From Candidatus Eiseniibacteriota bacterium (lineage in GTDB: Bacteria; Eisenbacteria; RBG-16-71-46; CAIMUX01; VGJL01): a DNA stretch of 64,000 bases. Where the stretch lies: NCBI GenBank assembly GCA_963792585.1, contig CAWBWI010000001.1, positions 1,280,001 through 1,344,000 on the forward strand, given 5' to 3'. The position numbers and the translations under genes were made by a program. The notes beneath the pieces were generated by a model, which saw only the letters and a list, made by a program, of their open reading frames with translations, was not told the origin of the DNA and did no database searches. Shown in pieces: positions 1 to 11,087 of the stretch; the first letter of the stretch is position 1, and each line of letters starts with the position of its first letter.

Positions 1-1
1 G

Positions 2-535
2 ATGGACAAAGGCACCTTCAAGCTCTTGGTCGCCCCGATCATGGCCTTCGGCAAGAATGGAGCAGACGATGAGTTCGGCGTAGCCGCCCGCGGAGGGTAC
101 GGATTCACCGAACGCTTCGACGCCGAAGCCAAGCTCGGCTTCTTCGAGAACGGCACGTACGCCGGCGCGGACGGCGAGTTCTGGATCCTGCAGGGCAAGG
201 AGAAGGATGCCGGACTGGATGTCTCATTGACCGGAGGCGTGCATTGGATGTTCGGGAAGAAAGGGGCCCTCGACACCATGGGGTTCGACGTCACGCCCTT
301 GTTGAGCGGGCACGTGAACAAGAGTATCGAGCTGTGCGGCGCCCTGGATGCCTCGTTCGAGTCGATCAATGATGCGCCGAAGGGCGTCGACGACACGTTC
401 ACGAGAGTGCACCTCGTACCTGGAATCGAGTACCGCCTGTCCGATTCCGCCGATCTGGTCGGTGAGATCGGCATCGGGCTCAACGACGATTCGTATACCT
501 ACGCGGGTATCGGCGTCGCGTTCTACCTCCGCTAA
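2..535 (+). CDS. Outer-membrane beta-barrel-like protein (probably 5'-truncated by window edge)
   Basis: Alternating amphipathic beta-strand pattern; ends ...GIGVAFYLR, an aromatic C-terminal strand typical of OM barrels. Confidence 0.55.
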   Translation: MDKGTFKLLVAPIMAFGKNGADDEFGVAARGGYGFTERFDAEAKLGFFENGTYAGADGEFWILQGKEKDAGLDVSLTGGVHWMFGKKGALDTMGFDVTPLLSGHVNKSIELCGALDASFESINDAPKGVDDTFTRVHLVPGIEYRLSDSADLVGEIGIGLNDDSYTYAGIGVAFYLR

Positions 536-547
536 CAAGGACGTGAC

Positions 548-760
548 ATGAAGACCATTGGAATTGTCCTCGTCATCCTGGGAGTTCTCGCGCTGATCTA
601 TGGCGGAATCACCTACAACAAGAACCGCACTGTGCTCGAGGTGGGTTCGATGAAGGTCACCGCCACGGAACGCAAGAGCATTCCCGTCCCGGCAATCGTT
701 GGTGTGGTCGTGCTGCTCGGCGGCGCCGGCCTTCTGGTGATGGGCAGCCGCCGTACCTAG
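548..760 (+). CDS. Small two-TM membrane protein (DUF3185-like)
   Basis: 70 aa with two hydrophobic helices; AAGGA RBS upstream. Confidence 0.65.
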   Translation: MKTIGIVLVILGVLALIYGGITYNKNRTVLEVGSMKVTATERKSIPVPAIVGVVVLLGGAGLLVMGSRRT

Positions 761-856
761 TCTCTCGGATCTTCGCCGGTCTCGGCCGCGCGACCGCCCA
801 AGTTGGTCGCTGATCCATGGCCGGCAGAGGGAAGGTCCGCAACACAGGAGGAAACC

Positions 857-1411
857 ATGCGTTCGGCAACAGTCCTGTCCCTTCTGATCATCTCCATGGT
901 CGGCTGGGGCGTATCAGCAAGCGGGCAGACCCCGTCGACGTCGACGGAGCGGCCCCTGACCCTGATTCCTACCAAGCTTCAGGAACTCAATGAACTCCGG
1001 ATCGATACCGGAAAGAAGGCGGTGCTCGCCGACGGCACCATGAGTGACGTCTATGTGAAGCACTTCCCGGCGGAGGGAAACACCTACCTCAACTTCCACG
1101 TCGACGTCGCCACGGAGGCTGGTCCGTTCGTCCTGCGCCACGAGGGGATTCGACTGGAAGGCCCGACGGCAAAGGGAGCGACGCCGGGGATCGCTTCCTT
1201 CACCCCCCTGGATTGGTTCCTGGACACCGGTGCGGAGGAACTGCGCGGAGATTCGCTGACCGTGAAGGACAAGGCGCTCGTGCAGTTCACCATCGAGGTG
1301 CCGAAGGCGGGCATGGACGATCTGACGCTCTTCGTGCATTTGCAGCGTATCGGGACCGTCCGGGAGATCCGTGAACGGATCACCCAGGATGGAGGAACGC
1401 AGAAGCAATAG
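857..1411 (+). CDS. Secreted hypothetical protein
   Basis: AGGAGG RBS then ATG 857; signal peptide MRSATVLSLLIISMVGWGVSASG. Confidence 0.7.
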   Translation: MRSATVLSLLIISMVGWGVSASGQTPSTSTERPLTLIPTKLQELNELRIDTGKKAVLADGTMSDVYVKHFPAEGNTYLNFHVDVATEAGPFVLRHEGIRLEGPTAKGATPGIASFTPLDWFLDTGAEELRGDSLTVKDKALVQFTIEVPKAGMDDLTLFVHLQRIGTVREIRERITQDGGTQKQ

Positions 1412-1563
1412 GGGCGCCCCAGGACGATCGAGGTCCTAGCCAAGACGATGCATTCGTGCCAGTCTCACCTGTTCGGGCGAATGCCCGGAAACACGCCTGC
1501 GCGACGCGACGCGCAGGCTTCCGGCGTTGTCGGGCAAGGAGTCGGGATGGCAGGAGGATCCGC

Positions 1564-1920
1564 ATGAATCCTGAGGTCCTCGAGGAGATCGGACGAGAGA
1601 TCGAGCGCCTGCGCCGCCGGCATGCGGGGCTCATGCGCGAACGACCGGACGCGCGGGAGGTGATCGCCCGATGGGTCATCGAAGTGAGCGGCCTCTGCTG
1701 GTTCGTGCCCCTCGAGGACGTGGTCGAAGCCGACATCGATGTGGAGATCACGAGCGAAGTCCTGGTTGTTCGCGCGAACAGGACCTGGCCTGAGCCCGCG
1801 GTTCTCGTGGGCATTCTTCCTGTCCCGCACGGGTTCGACCCCGATCGAGCGGCGATCCGGTTCACGGAAGAGACGCTGGAGGTCCGGATCCGGCGGGGCC
1901 AACACAGGGTCACGCGATGA
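1564..1920 (+). CDS. Hsp20/alpha-crystallin-like small protein
   Basis: [24 protein letters not shown]...[25 protein letters not shown] resembles the Hsp20 beta-sandwich; ATGA overlap with dnaJ. Confidence 0.6.
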   Translation: MNPEVLEEIGREIERLRRRHAGLMRERPDAREVIARWVIEVSGLCWFVPLEDVVEADIDVEITSEVLVVRANRTWPEPAVLVGILPVPHGFDPDRAAIRFTEETLEVRIRRGQHRVTR

Positions 1921-2996
1921 GGAACTACTACGAAGTCCTCGGCGTCCGGAATTCGGCAACCCCCGCAGAGCTCAAGAAGGCGTATCGCAGCCTCGCGCTG
2001 AAGTTCCATCCGGACAAGAACCCCGGCGATCGGAAGGCGGAAGAGAAGTTCAAGGAACTGGCCGGGGCCTACGAGATTCTCTCCGATCCCGAGAAGCGGA
2101 GGGAGTATGACGACACCTTGGCCGGCCGCGTTCCTACCGGAGACAGACCCGGCGGGCCCTTCGCCCCCGGCGGAGCCGGACCCTTCGAACCGGACGTCGA
2201 GTCGATGTCGGTCGAGGAGATTCTTCGCCGATTCGGTGACATCTTCGGAGGAGAGTTCGGAGAGCGGATCCACCAATCGCGCGGGGCGGCCCGCCCGGGG
2301 CACGATGCCGAGGTCGAACTCGAAGTCGACTTCCGCACGTCGGCCCTCGGGGGAAAGGTGTCCGTTTCCCTCTCGGGCGCGGTCCCCTGTCCGCGCTGCG
2401 CCGGACGGGGCGCGGTCGGCGATCATCCGGCCTGTTCGACCTGCCAGGGGAGCGGGCACGTCACCGCACAGTCCCGGGAGAAAGGACAGTTCTTCACGGT
2501 GACCCGTCCCTGCTCGATATGCCACGGCACCGGTATCGACCCCTCCAAGGTATGCCCGGAGTGTGGCGGCGAGGGCACGATCGAACGAACGCGCAAGCTC
2601 AATATCAGCATCCCCGAGGGAACGGAGGATGGGACCATCCTCCGCCTGGCGGGTCTTGGAGGAGCCGGGACCGGGGGCGGTCCGTCCGGCGATCTACTGG
2701 TCCACGTTCACGTGCGCACCGATCCGGTCTTCCACCGTGAGGGCAACGACGTTCACTCCGAGGTCGCCGTTCCCGTTGCCATCGCGGCGCTCGGGGGCAA
2801 GGCGCCCATGCAGACACTTCGCGGGCGGGTCAATCTGACCATTCCGCCCGGAACCTCCTCGGGAACCCGGCTCATCCTGCGGGGCCAGGGCATCCGTGGA
2901 GGAGATCACGTCGCGCGCGTCATCCTCACCGTGCCCGCAGACCTCACCCCGAGACAGCGGGAGCTGTTCGAGGAGTTGAGGAAGAGCGGCGTCTGA
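1917..2996 (+). CDS. dnaJ: DnaJ chaperone
   Basis: J-domain with HPD motif; four CxxCxGxG repeats ([32 protein letters not shown]); C-terminal DnaJ domain. Confidence 0.9.
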   Translation: MRNYYEVLGVRNSATPAELKKAYRSLALKFHPDKNPGDRKAEEKFKELAGAYEILSDPEKRREYDDTLAGRVPTGDRPGGPFAPGGAGPFEPDVESMSVEEILRRFGDIFGGEFGERIHQSRGAARPGHDAEVELEVDFRTSALGGKVSVSLSGAVPCPRCAGRGAVGDHPACSTCQGSGHVTAQSREKGQFFTVTRPCSICHGTGIDPSKVCPECGGEGTIERTRKLNISIPEGTEDGTILRLAGLGGAGTGGGPSGDLLVHVHVRTDPVFHREGNDVHSEVAVPVAIAALGGKAPMQTLRGRVNLTIPPGTSSGTRLILRGQGIRGGDHVARVILTVPADLTPRQRELFEELRKSGV

Positions 2997-3017
2997 ATGC
3001 TCGAGGAAGGGGTAAGC

Positions 3018-5006
3018 ATGAATGACCGCGACAGGACGTGCATCAACACCCTCCGCATGCTCGCCGTCGACATGGTCGAAGAGGCCGCATCCGGCCACCC
3101 GGGCCTGCCCCTCGGCGCCGCCCCCATGGCCTACGTCTTGTGGGATCGATTCCTGCGCCATGATCCAAGGGATCCGAGTTGGCCGGATCGGGACCGCTTC
3201 ATCCTCTCGGCCGGGCACGGCAGCGCCCTCCTCTACGCGCTCCTCCACATGACCGGTTACGATCTGGCGCTCGATGAGCTGCGGCGTTTCCGTCAATGGG
3301 GCAGCCGCACGCCCGGGCATCCGGAGTCCCATCACACCCCCGGAGTGGAAGCCACCACGGGACCGCTCGGCCAGGGCTTCGCCATGGGTGTCGGGATGGC
3401 GATGGCCGAGGCGCACCTGGCGCGGCTCGTCAATCGGCCGGACTTCCCCGTGGTCGCCCATCACACCTATGGAATCGTTTCGGACGGAGACCTGATGGAG
3501 GGGATTTCCTCCGAGGCCGCCTCCCTGGCGGGCAGGCTGGCGCTGGGTCGCCTCATCTATCTCTACGATGACAACCACATCTCGATCGAAGGCGACACCG
3601 ATCTGGCCTTCACCGAGGACGTGCGGGCGCGCTTCGAGGCCTACGGCTGGCAGACGCTGCGCGTGCCCGACGGCAATGATCTCGATGCGATCGACCTGGC
3701 GATTCGACAGGCCCTCGCCGATCGCGCTCACCCATCCCTGATCCTCGTGCGCAACCACATCGGCTACGGCAGCCCGAAGCAAGACTCCGCCTCCGCTCAC
3801 GGCGAGCCCCTCGGCGCGGAAGCGACCCGGGCGACGAAACAGACGCTCGGGTGGCCTTTGAGTCCCCCATTCCACGTGCCCGACGAAGCCCGCTCCCACC
3901 TGGGCTCCGCCGTCGAGCGCGGCGCACGGGCGCACGCGGAATGGAACTCGCTGGTCGATGCGTTCGGTTCGGCCCATCCCGAGTCGGCGGCGCTCTACGC
4001 GAGGATTCGGCAGGGCGAGCTTCCGAAAGACTGGGATCTCGACCTCCCAAGATTCTCCGAGAAACCGATCGCGACGCGGGATGCCTCCGGCCGGACGTTG
4101 AACATCCTCGCCGCCCGCCTTCCCGAGCTGGTCGGCGGATCGGCCGATCTGGCACCGTCCACGAAGACCCTGATCGAGAACGCGGCGGATTTCGATCCGA
4201 TGAAGCATGCCGGATCGAACATCCACTTCGGCGTCCGCGAGCACGCGATGGGTGGATGCCTGAACGGCATCGCGCTGCACGGCGGTCTCATTCCCTTCGG
4301 GGCGACTTTCTTGATCTTCTCGGACTACATGCGACCCTCCGTGCGTCTGGCCGCGATGATGCAGACCCATGTGATCTTCGTCTACACGCACGACAGTATC
4401 GGCCTCGGCGAGGATGGGCCGACCCACCAACCCGTCGAGCAACTGATGGCCCTGCGCGCGATCCCCGGCCTCACCGTCATCCGTCCTGCGGATGGGAATG
4501 AAACCGTGGCGGCGTGGCGTCTGGCGATTTCGCGCCGCGGGCCCGTGGCCATCGTGCTGAGCCGTCAGAAGCTGCCCACACTGGACGCGTCCCCCGACGC
4601 GATCGCCGCAGGCGTGCCCCGCGGCGGGTACGTGCTCGTCGATTCGAAGGACGGGCCGCCGGAGATCGTCCTCCTGGGCACCGGATCCGAGGTGTGCCTG
4701 TTGACCGCCGCGCAACCTCGGCTCGCCGAGAAAGGGGTAAAGGCGCGGGTGGTCTCGTTCCCTTCCTTCGAGCTCTTCGACGCGCAACCCGAAGCGTACC
4801 GTCAGGGGGTATTGCCCCCCGAAATCCCGAGAATCGCAGTCGAGGCGGGCGTAACAAGGGGATGGCACGAGTACGTGGGTGATCGAGGCGCCGTGATCGG
4901 CCTCGACCGCTTCGGCGCCTCGGCGCCCGGCGAGATCGTCATGCGAGAGATGGGATTCACGCCGGAGCGGGTCGTCGAGCGCGCGATGCGGCTCTTGGGG
5001 CGGTAG
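3018..5006 (+). CDS. tkt: Transketolase
   Basis: [25 protein letters not shown] (TPP motif), [18 protein letters not shown]. Confidence 0.97.
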   Translation: MNDRDRTCINTLRMLAVDMVEEAASGHPGLPLGAAPMAYVLWDRFLRHDPRDPSWPDRDRFILSAGHGSALLYALLHMTGYDLALDELRRFRQWGSRTPGHPESHHTPGVEATTGPLGQGFAMGVGMAMAEAHLARLVNRPDFPVVAHHTYGIVSDGDLMEGISSEAASLAGRLALGRLIYLYDDNHISIEGDTDLAFTEDVRARFEAYGWQTLRVPDGNDLDAIDLAIRQALADRAHPSLILVRNHIGYGSPKQDSASAHGEPLGAEATRATKQTLGWPLSPPFHVPDEARSHLGSAVERGARAHAEWNSLVDAFGSAHPESAALYARIRQGELPKDWDLDLPRFSEKPIATRDASGRTLNILAARLPELVGGSADLAPSTKTLIENAADFDPMKHAGSNIHFGVREHAMGGCLNGIALHGGLIPFGATFLIFSDYMRPSVRLAAMMQTHVIFVYTHDSIGLGEDGPTHQPVEQLMALRAIPGLTVIRPADGNETVAAWRLAISRRGPVAIVLSRQKLPTLDASPDAIAAGVPRGGYVLVDSKDGPPEIVLLGTGSEVCLLTAAQPRLAEKGVKARVVSFPSFELFDAQPEAYRQGVLPPEIPRIAVEAGVTRGWHEYVGDRGAVIGLDRFGASAPGEIVMREMGFTPERVVERAMRLLGR

Positions 5007-5058
5007 CCGCTCGAATCCTACAGGAGAGCGGTATGGAACTCGAAGCGAGGAGGCTCCC

Positions 5059-5967
5059 ATGGAACTTGGGATGATCGGGCTTGGACGGATGGGCGGCATG
5101 ATGACCGAGAGGCTCCTTCGGGGCGGCCATGCCCTCGTCGGCTTCGACCGGAGTCCGGAAGCCATCGATCGCGTGAAGAAGCTGGGCGCTCGGGGCGCGG
5201 ATTCGCCCGCCTCGCTCTGCAAGCAGCTCGTACCGCGTCGCGCAGTCTGGCTGATGGTGCCGTCCGGCGATGCCGTCGATCGCACGATCGAGGAACTCCT
5301 GCCCCTCCTGACCCCCGGGGACGTCGTCATCGACGGCGGGAACAGCAACTTCAAGGATACGATTCGCCGCGCCGCGATGCTCGAGGCGCGCGGATTCGCG
5401 ATGGTCGATTGCGGGACGAGCGGCGGCATCTGGGGTTTGACCGGCGGCTACAGCCTCATGATCGGCGGCAACTCGGAAGCGGTCGCGTGGTTGCGTCCGA
5501 TCTTCGAAACGCTCGCCCCCGCCCCGGACCGCGGATGGGGACATGTGGGCGGCAGCGGGGCGGGGCATCTCGTGAAGATGGTCCATAACGGGATCGAGTA
5601 CGGCATGATGCAGGCCTACGCCGAGGGCTTCGCAATTCTCCGTGCGAAGGAGGAATACGGCCTCGACCTCTCGCAGGTCTCGGAGATCTGGCGACATGGA
5701 AGCGTCGTCCGCTCCTGGCTCCTCGATCTCCTCGCCCAGGCGATTGCAGAGAATCCCGACATGAAAGGGATCGCGCCCGAGGTGGCGGACTCCGGGGAGG
5801 GACGCTGGACCGTATTCGAGGCGATCGACAGCAATGTCCCCGCCCCCGTCATCACCCTGTCCCTGATCGAACGGATCCGCTCGCGCGATCGAGACTCGTA
5901 CACCGACCGGCTCCTGGCCGCGATGCGCCGCGCCTTCGGCGGCCATCCGGTCAAGACGGAGCCGTAG
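5059..5967 (+). CDS. gnd: Decarboxylating 6-phosphogluconate dehydrogenase (short form)
   Basis: GLGRMG Rossmann motif, DGGNS, VKMVHNGIEYG, VADSGEGRW, MRRAFGGH. Confidence 0.93.
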   Translation: MELGMIGLGRMGGMMTERLLRGGHALVGFDRSPEAIDRVKKLGARGADSPASLCKQLVPRRAVWLMVPSGDAVDRTIEELLPLLTPGDVVIDGGNSNFKDTIRRAAMLEARGFAMVDCGTSGGIWGLTGGYSLMIGGNSEAVAWLRPIFETLAPAPDRGWGHVGGSGAGHLVKMVHNGIEYGMMQAYAEGFAILRAKEEYGLDLSQVSEIWRHGSVVRSWLLDLLAQAIAENPDMKGIAPEVADSGEGRWTVFEAIDSNVPAPVITLSLIERIRSRDRDSYTDRLLAAMRRAFGGHPVKTEP

Positions 5968-5968
5968 G

Positions 5969-7426
5969 ATGAAGCTCGCGGTGCCGGAGGCGTGTCTCTT
6001 CGTGATCTTCGGGGCCCGCGGGGACCTCGCCCGTCGCAAGCTGATCCCGGCGCTTTGCAGGGTGCTCGCCCCGAAAGAACGCCGGGATCGAATCCACATT
6101 CTTGGCGTCGGCACACCCTCCGACATCAGCCACGAGAAGTTCCGCATGCTCGCCCGCGATGCTCTTCGGGAGGCCGGGGTTCCGCCGGAGGTGACATCCA
6201 GTTGGTGCGACCGTTGCGTGCACTACCATTCGATCGGGGCCCAGAACACGGAAGACTACGCGACGCTCGCGCGCGCGATCGCCGAGATCGAGGAACGCAA
6301 CGACCTGCCGGGAAACCGCGTCTTCTACCTCGCACTCCCGCCGCAGGTCTTCGTCCCGACGATCACCGCCCTCGGGAAGACGGGCCTCAACCGTGGCCCC
6401 GGCTGGACCCGGGTGGTCGTGGAGAAACCTTTCGGCCGCGATCTCGCGTCGGCCATCGCACTGAACCAGGCCATCCACGAGTATTTCGACGAGTCTCAGG
6501 TCTACCGGATCGATCATTATCTCGGCAAGGAAACGGTGCAGAATCTCCTGGTCTTTCGATTCGCGAACGCGGTATTCGAATCGATCTGGAACCGGGATCG
6601 GATCGAGAGCGTGCAGATCACCGTCGCGGAGGACCTCGGGGTCGAACATCGAGGGCGTTATTACGAGGGCGCCGGCGCCTTGCGTGACATGGTCCAGAAC
6701 CACCTCACCCAGTTGCTCACGATGATCGCGATGGAGATCCCCTCCGCCTTCGACGCGGAGGCGATCCGGGCGGAGAAGATCAAGATCCTGCGCTCACTCT
6801 CCCCGATCCGACCGGAAGACGTCGTCTTCGGGCAGTACGGCGCGGGAACGATCGACGGGACCGCGGTACCGGCCTACCGAGACGAGCCGGATGTCGCGCC
6901 CAACTCCTCGACCGAGACGTTTGTCGCCCTGCGTCTGGAGGTCGCCAACTGGCGCTGGTACGGCGTCCCGTTCTTCCTGCGGACCGGAAAGCGACTCCTG
7001 CGCCAAGCGACGGAGATCGTCGTGCGCTTCCGCTGCCCGCCTGTCTCCATCTTCAAGGAACTCCCCGCACGCGCAGTCTCCTCCAATGTTCTGGTCATCA
7101 CGATCCAGCCGGACGAAGGATTCGAACTTGGCTTCCAGGTCAAGGCGCCCGGCCAGCCGCTCGACATCGTTCAGCAGTTCCTTCGCTTCCGCTACAGCGA
7201 GACGTTCCAGCGTCTGCCGGAAGCCTATGAGACCCTCCTGCTCGATGTGATGCTCGGTGACCAGACGCTCTTCGTCTGGTCGGAGGTCGCCGAGGCGGCG
7301 TGGCGGATCTATGCGCCGTGCATCGACACGCCCCCACCCGTCCATTCATATGCGGCAGGGACCTGGGGGCCTGCGGAGGCGGATCAACTCGTGGCCCGCG
7401 CGGGTCATGAGTGGCTTCAGCCGTGA
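5969..7426 (+). CDS. zwf: Glucose-6-phosphate dehydrogenase
   Basis: GARGDLA, EKPFG, RIDHYLGKE, RDMVQNHL, LRTGKR. Confidence 0.97.
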   Translation: MKLAVPEACLFVIFGARGDLARRKLIPALCRVLAPKERRDRIHILGVGTPSDISHEKFRMLARDALREAGVPPEVTSSWCDRCVHYHSIGAQNTEDYATLARAIAEIEERNDLPGNRVFYLALPPQVFVPTITALGKTGLNRGPGWTRVVVEKPFGRDLASAIALNQAIHEYFDESQVYRIDHYLGKETVQNLLVFRFANAVFESIWNRDRIESVQITVAEDLGVEHRGRYYEGAGALRDMVQNHLTQLLTMIAMEIPSAFDAEAIRAEKIKILRSLSPIRPEDVVFGQYGAGTIDGTAVPAYRDEPDVAPNSSTETFVALRLEVANWRWYGVPFFLRTGKRLLRQATEIVVRFRCPPVSIFKELPARAVSSNVLVITIQPDEGFELGFQVKAPGQPLDIVQQFLRFRYSETFQRLPEAYETLLLDVMLGDQTLFVWSEVAEAAWRIYAPCIDTPPPVHSYAAGTWGPAEADQLVARAGHEWLQP

Positions 7427-8181
7427 CATCCGAGATCCGCATCTACTCCGATTCCGACACTCTCGGCGCGGCGGCGGCCCGGGCGGTCGCGGAGCGCATC
7501 GTGACGCGGCTGTCCCACGCGGAGACCTTTGCGATCGCCCTCGCGGGAGGGCGATCGCCGATCAACACCTACCGATATCTCGCGACGACACACCGGGATG
7601 CAATCCCATGGACGCGGGTCCACTTCTTCTGGAGCGATGAGCGGTATGTCCCGCCCGACGATCCCGCCAGCAATTACGGTGTCGCAAAGGCGGAGCTTCT
7701 CGGTCGCGTGCCCGTGCCCGTCGAAAACGTTCACCCGATGTCGACGCAGGAGCGCGACGCCGATGCGGCGGCGGCTGGCTACGAGTCGATCCTGCGTCGG
7801 GAGTTCGGTCCCGATGGTCCGATCTTCGATCTCACGCTCCTCGGGCTGGGGACCGAAGGACACACGGCATCGCTGTTCCCCGGATCGTCGGCGTTGGGAG
7901 AGACGCGCCGATGGGTCATGCCCGCGCTCGCGCCGGCAACGCCCGCGCAGCGGCTGACGCTCACGCTCCGCGCCCTGAACCTGTCGCGTGAGATCTACTT
8001 CATCGTGGCGGGCGCGGAGAAGGCTCCCGCCCTGGCGGCCGCATATCATCGTACGGCCTCGCCGGCGGACTGCCCGGCAGCCGGAGTGCGCCCGACCGCG
8101 GGCAGGACCGTCTGGTGGGTCGATGTCGCAGCGGCCGCCCGTCTGCGGGCGATGCCGGCGCCGGACGATCCCCAACGGTGA
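7411..8181 (+). CDS. pgl: 6-phosphogluconolactonase
   Basis: ALAGGRSP, SDERYVP, SNY, LGLGTEGHTASLFP; follows zwf. Confidence 0.93.
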   Translation: MASAVTSEIRIYSDSDTLGAAAARAVAERIVTRLSHAETFAIALAGGRSPINTYRYLATTHRDAIPWTRVHFFWSDERYVPPDDPASNYGVAKAELLGRVPVPVENVHPMSTQERDADAAAAGYESILRREFGPDGPIFDLTLLGLGTEGHTASLFPGSSALGETRRWVMPALAPATPAQRLTLTLRALNLSREIYFIVAGAEKAPALAAAYHRTASPADCPAAGVRPTAGRTVWWVDVAAAARLRAMPAPDDPQR

Positions 8182-8320
8182 CCCGCGGATTTGCCGGCGC
8201 GTAGCGGCGGCAATCCAATCCGCGGATTCTCGTATCACCTCGAGGCATCGGCCGACTGCCAGAGAGGGGCCGGTATGCCCTCGATCGCCGCAGGTCATGT
8301 CGAACGCGGGAGAAGTCTCG

Positions 8321-10918
8321 ATGAAACCGTCCATTTCCATCATCGCGTGCGGCGGGCTCATTCTCGGCGCCGCTGTCTCCACGATCTCCGCCGCGCGTCT
8401 CTTCGACACGTCGACCACATTCGTCACCGGCTCCTATCCGGAAGGCTTCTATCCGCATGCTTCGCGGGTCGCGGACATCAACAATGACGGGAGACCCGAT
8501 TACGTCGCGTCCAACCACTGGTTCTCGAACAACGTCTCCGTGATGTTGCACGACGCCGGGGCCGGCTACCTCGCCCCGAGCTTCCTCACGATCGACTTGA
8601 GCTCGATCGGCGTCGAAGTGGCTGATTTCACGGGTGATGGCCTCCCCGACATCCTCGCATCGAATACCGGATCGAACTATCAAGGAAGCACCGTTTCCCT
8701 GCTGCGCAACCTTGGGGGCGGGGCCTTTGCCCCACGGCAGACTTTCGCGGCGGTTGCGGGTCCGACCGAAATTGTCGCGGCGGATTTCGACGGCGACGAC
8801 GATACCGACGCTGCTGTCGCAGGGTATGGTCCTTCCGGACAGGGGACACGGATCGCCATCCTCCGCAACAACGGATCGGGGGGTTTCCTCGCCCCCACGC
8901 TCATCACGGTCGGGATCGGCCCCTCGGATCTCGAGGCCGGCGACTTGAATGCCGATGGCCGTCCCGATCTCGTCGTGGCGCGCGATACCTTCAAGCTCAC
9001 CGTCCTGCTGAACGTGGGCAACGGAGCCTTCGCGGCGCCCGTCGACTATGTCACCCAGGATCAGCAATGGGCGGGTGACTTCTTCGCCAATGCCGAGTTG
9101 AGCGACGTCGACCGCGACGGTGACCTCGATGTCTACTGCTCGAGCACGCGCACCCAAATCGATGCCGACTACGGCGCCATTTGCGTGCTGAAGAACCAGG
9201 GAAATGGAACCCTCGGCAACCGCAGTTCCATCGTCCTCCCTCGCTATCTTGGCGGAGCGGTCGATATCGCAGTCGCAGACGTGACGAACGATACGTGGCC
9301 CGACCTGCTCACCGCGCATACCGGAAACGGCGGTTGGGTGGTCACCCCCTCGCTCGGAGGGGGCGCGTTCGGCCCCGGCTTCGAGTACGCCGGCGGAAAT
9401 GACCCGATGAAGATCGCGGCGGCGGATGCCGACGCGGATGGGGATCTCGATGCGCTCGTGCTCAATCGCTACTCGCTCACCCTGGGCGTTCACCTGAACA
9501 GAGGCAATGGCACCTTCCTCGAGCCGGGCGGACGGGATCTCGAGCCGCTCTGCGGGTGGATGGATGCGGGCGACATCGACGGCGACGGTGACCTGGACGT
9601 TGTCTCCAGCTTTGCGTACGCCGGCGGAGGCGGGCTGTCCTTGATCCGGAACAACGGTGACGGCACGTTCACGCCGAGGCAGAATTACACCGGCCCGCGG
9701 GGCGCCATGACGCCACGTTTCGACGACCTCGACGGCGATTCGGATCTCGATCTTGTCTGGGCATTCGACCCCACGTCCCCGCCCTACGATTTCGTGGTGC
9801 GGCTCAATGACGGCAGCGGGAACTTTGGCGCGCCGACTTCGTGGCAGGTCGGCACGTGCGGCACCGGCGACCTGATCACCATGGACGTCGACCAGGACGG
9901 CGATCGCGACGTCCTGCTCACCGACTGGCTCGGCTGCGGCGGCATCGACAGCCCTTGGGTCTGGATCCGCCGTAACAACGGGGACGCGACCTTCGGCCCG
10001 CCGTATCGCCTGGTCTACGTGACGGATCCGAAGGAGATGGACGCGGCCGATTTCGATGGAGACGGAGAGGATGATCTGGCCACGTTGCACGCGGACGGGA
10101 TCAAGCTGGTTCACCCGATCGGCGATGGGCTGTTCGGGCCGCCGACGGGATACCCGGTGCCGGATCCTCCGTATGGGTTGGTCGCAGCCGACCTCGATGG
10201 CGACGGATTCCCCGATATCGCCACGGCCAATATCCGCGGCGCATGGGAAGGCACGATCTCGATCTTCATGAATGACGGCACCGGGATCCTGGGCGCCCCC
10301 TCGACGATCCGCTCCGCCTTCTCGACGGAGGTTTCTCCGATCGGCCAGATTCTGGCGGAAGACGCCGATCAGGACGGCGACCGGGATCTGCTGCTGATGA
10401 GCTATGGCGGGCAGGACCTTCTCGTCTACGAAAACGACGGTCAGGGCGGGTTCGCCCTTCAGGGCCGTTACGTGGTCGGCGCCGCGCCGGGCGACTTCCG
10501 CTGCCTCGACTTCACCGGAGACGGCAAGCCGGACTTCGGCGCCGTCATCGGGCTGCCGCCGGCCAATCTCAACAAGCGATTCGTGGTGGCCGCCGGGATC
10601 CAGACCGACCCCGCGGCGGTCGACGAAGCCGGGACGAGAAGCCCGTCCGCGCTGGTCTCCCACGGTCCCAATCCATTCAGGGACTTCACCCGAGTGGGAT
10701 TCCGTCTTCCGGCGAGGACTCCGGTGCGGCTCGCGGCATACGACGTGGCCGGGAGGGAGGTCGCATCCCTGCTCGACGGCGTTCTCGGCGCCGGGGAACA
10801 TCTGGTGACATGGGATGGGGCGGACCGGTCCGGGGCGCGACTCGCCGCGGGCGTCTACCTGATGCGGCTGATCACGGATGGCGGGACAGCCTCCCTGAGG
10901 CTCGTCGTGATGCCCTGA
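8321..10918 (+). CDS. Secreted FG-GAP/VCBS-repeat beta-propeller protein with C-terminal FlgD/Ig-like sorting domain
   Basis: Signal peptide; many DxxxDGxxD repeats; C-terminal PNPF...YDVAGREV...WDG...GVY. Confidence 0.88.
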   Translation: MKPSISIIACGGLILGAAVSTISAARLFDTSTTFVTGSYPEGFYPHASRVADINNDGRPDYVASNHWFSNNVSVMLHDAGAGYLAPSFLTIDLSSIGVEVADFTGDGLPDILASNTGSNYQGSTVSLLRNLGGGAFAPRQTFAAVAGPTEIVAADFDGDDDTDAAVAGYGPSGQGTRIAILRNNGSGGFLAPTLITVGIGPSDLEAGDLNADGRPDLVVARDTFKLTVLLNVGNGAFAAPVDYVTQDQQWAGDFFANAELSDVDRDGDLDVYCSSTRTQIDADYGAICVLKNQGNGTLGNRSSIVLPRYLGGAVDIAVADVTNDTWPDLLTAHTGNGGWVVTPSLGGGAFGPGFEYAGGNDPMKIAAADADADGDLDALVLNRYSLTLGVHLNRGNGTFLEPGGRDLEPLCGWMDAGDIDGDGDLDVVSSFAYAGGGGLSLIRNNGDGTFTPRQNYTGPRGAMTPRFDDLDGDSDLDLVWAFDPTSPPYDFVVRLNDGSGNFGAPTSWQVGTCGTGDLITMDVDQDGDRDVLLTDWLGCGGIDSPWVWIRRNNGDATFGPPYRLVYVTDPKEMDAADFDGDGEDDLATLHADGIKLVHPIGDGLFGPPTGYPVPDPPYGLVAADLDGDGFPDIATANIRGAWEGTISIFMNDGTGILGAPSTIRSAFSTEVSPIGQILAEDADQDGDRDLLLMSYGGQDLLVYENDGQGGFALQGRYVVGAAPGDFRCLDFTGDGKPDFGAVIGLPPANLNKRFVVAAGIQTDPAAVDEAGTRSPSALVSHGPNPFRDFTRVGFRLPARTPVRLAAYDVAGREVASLLDGVLGAGEHLVTWDGADRSGARLAAGVYLMRLITDGGTASLRLVVMP

Positions 10919-11087
10919 GCTTCCGCGTGAGTCGGGCAACCGCGGGCGCGCCCCGCAGGCGCACCCCCGGCGATGGCTGACCGCGTCTTGCGGGGATCGA
11001 GCTTACCGCGAGCGGACCACGCGGACCGGCTCGATCCCTGTCTGCTCCTCTTGAAACGGGCACGGTGAAGCCCGCGCCGGATCCGCG

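Noticed and set aside
2694..10939. Very long minus-strand ORFs (911 aa, 979 aa) and many similar overlapping ORFs in the track
   Set aside because: Antisense shadows of real high-GC genes (tkt/gnd, FG-GAP protein); no motifs of their own.
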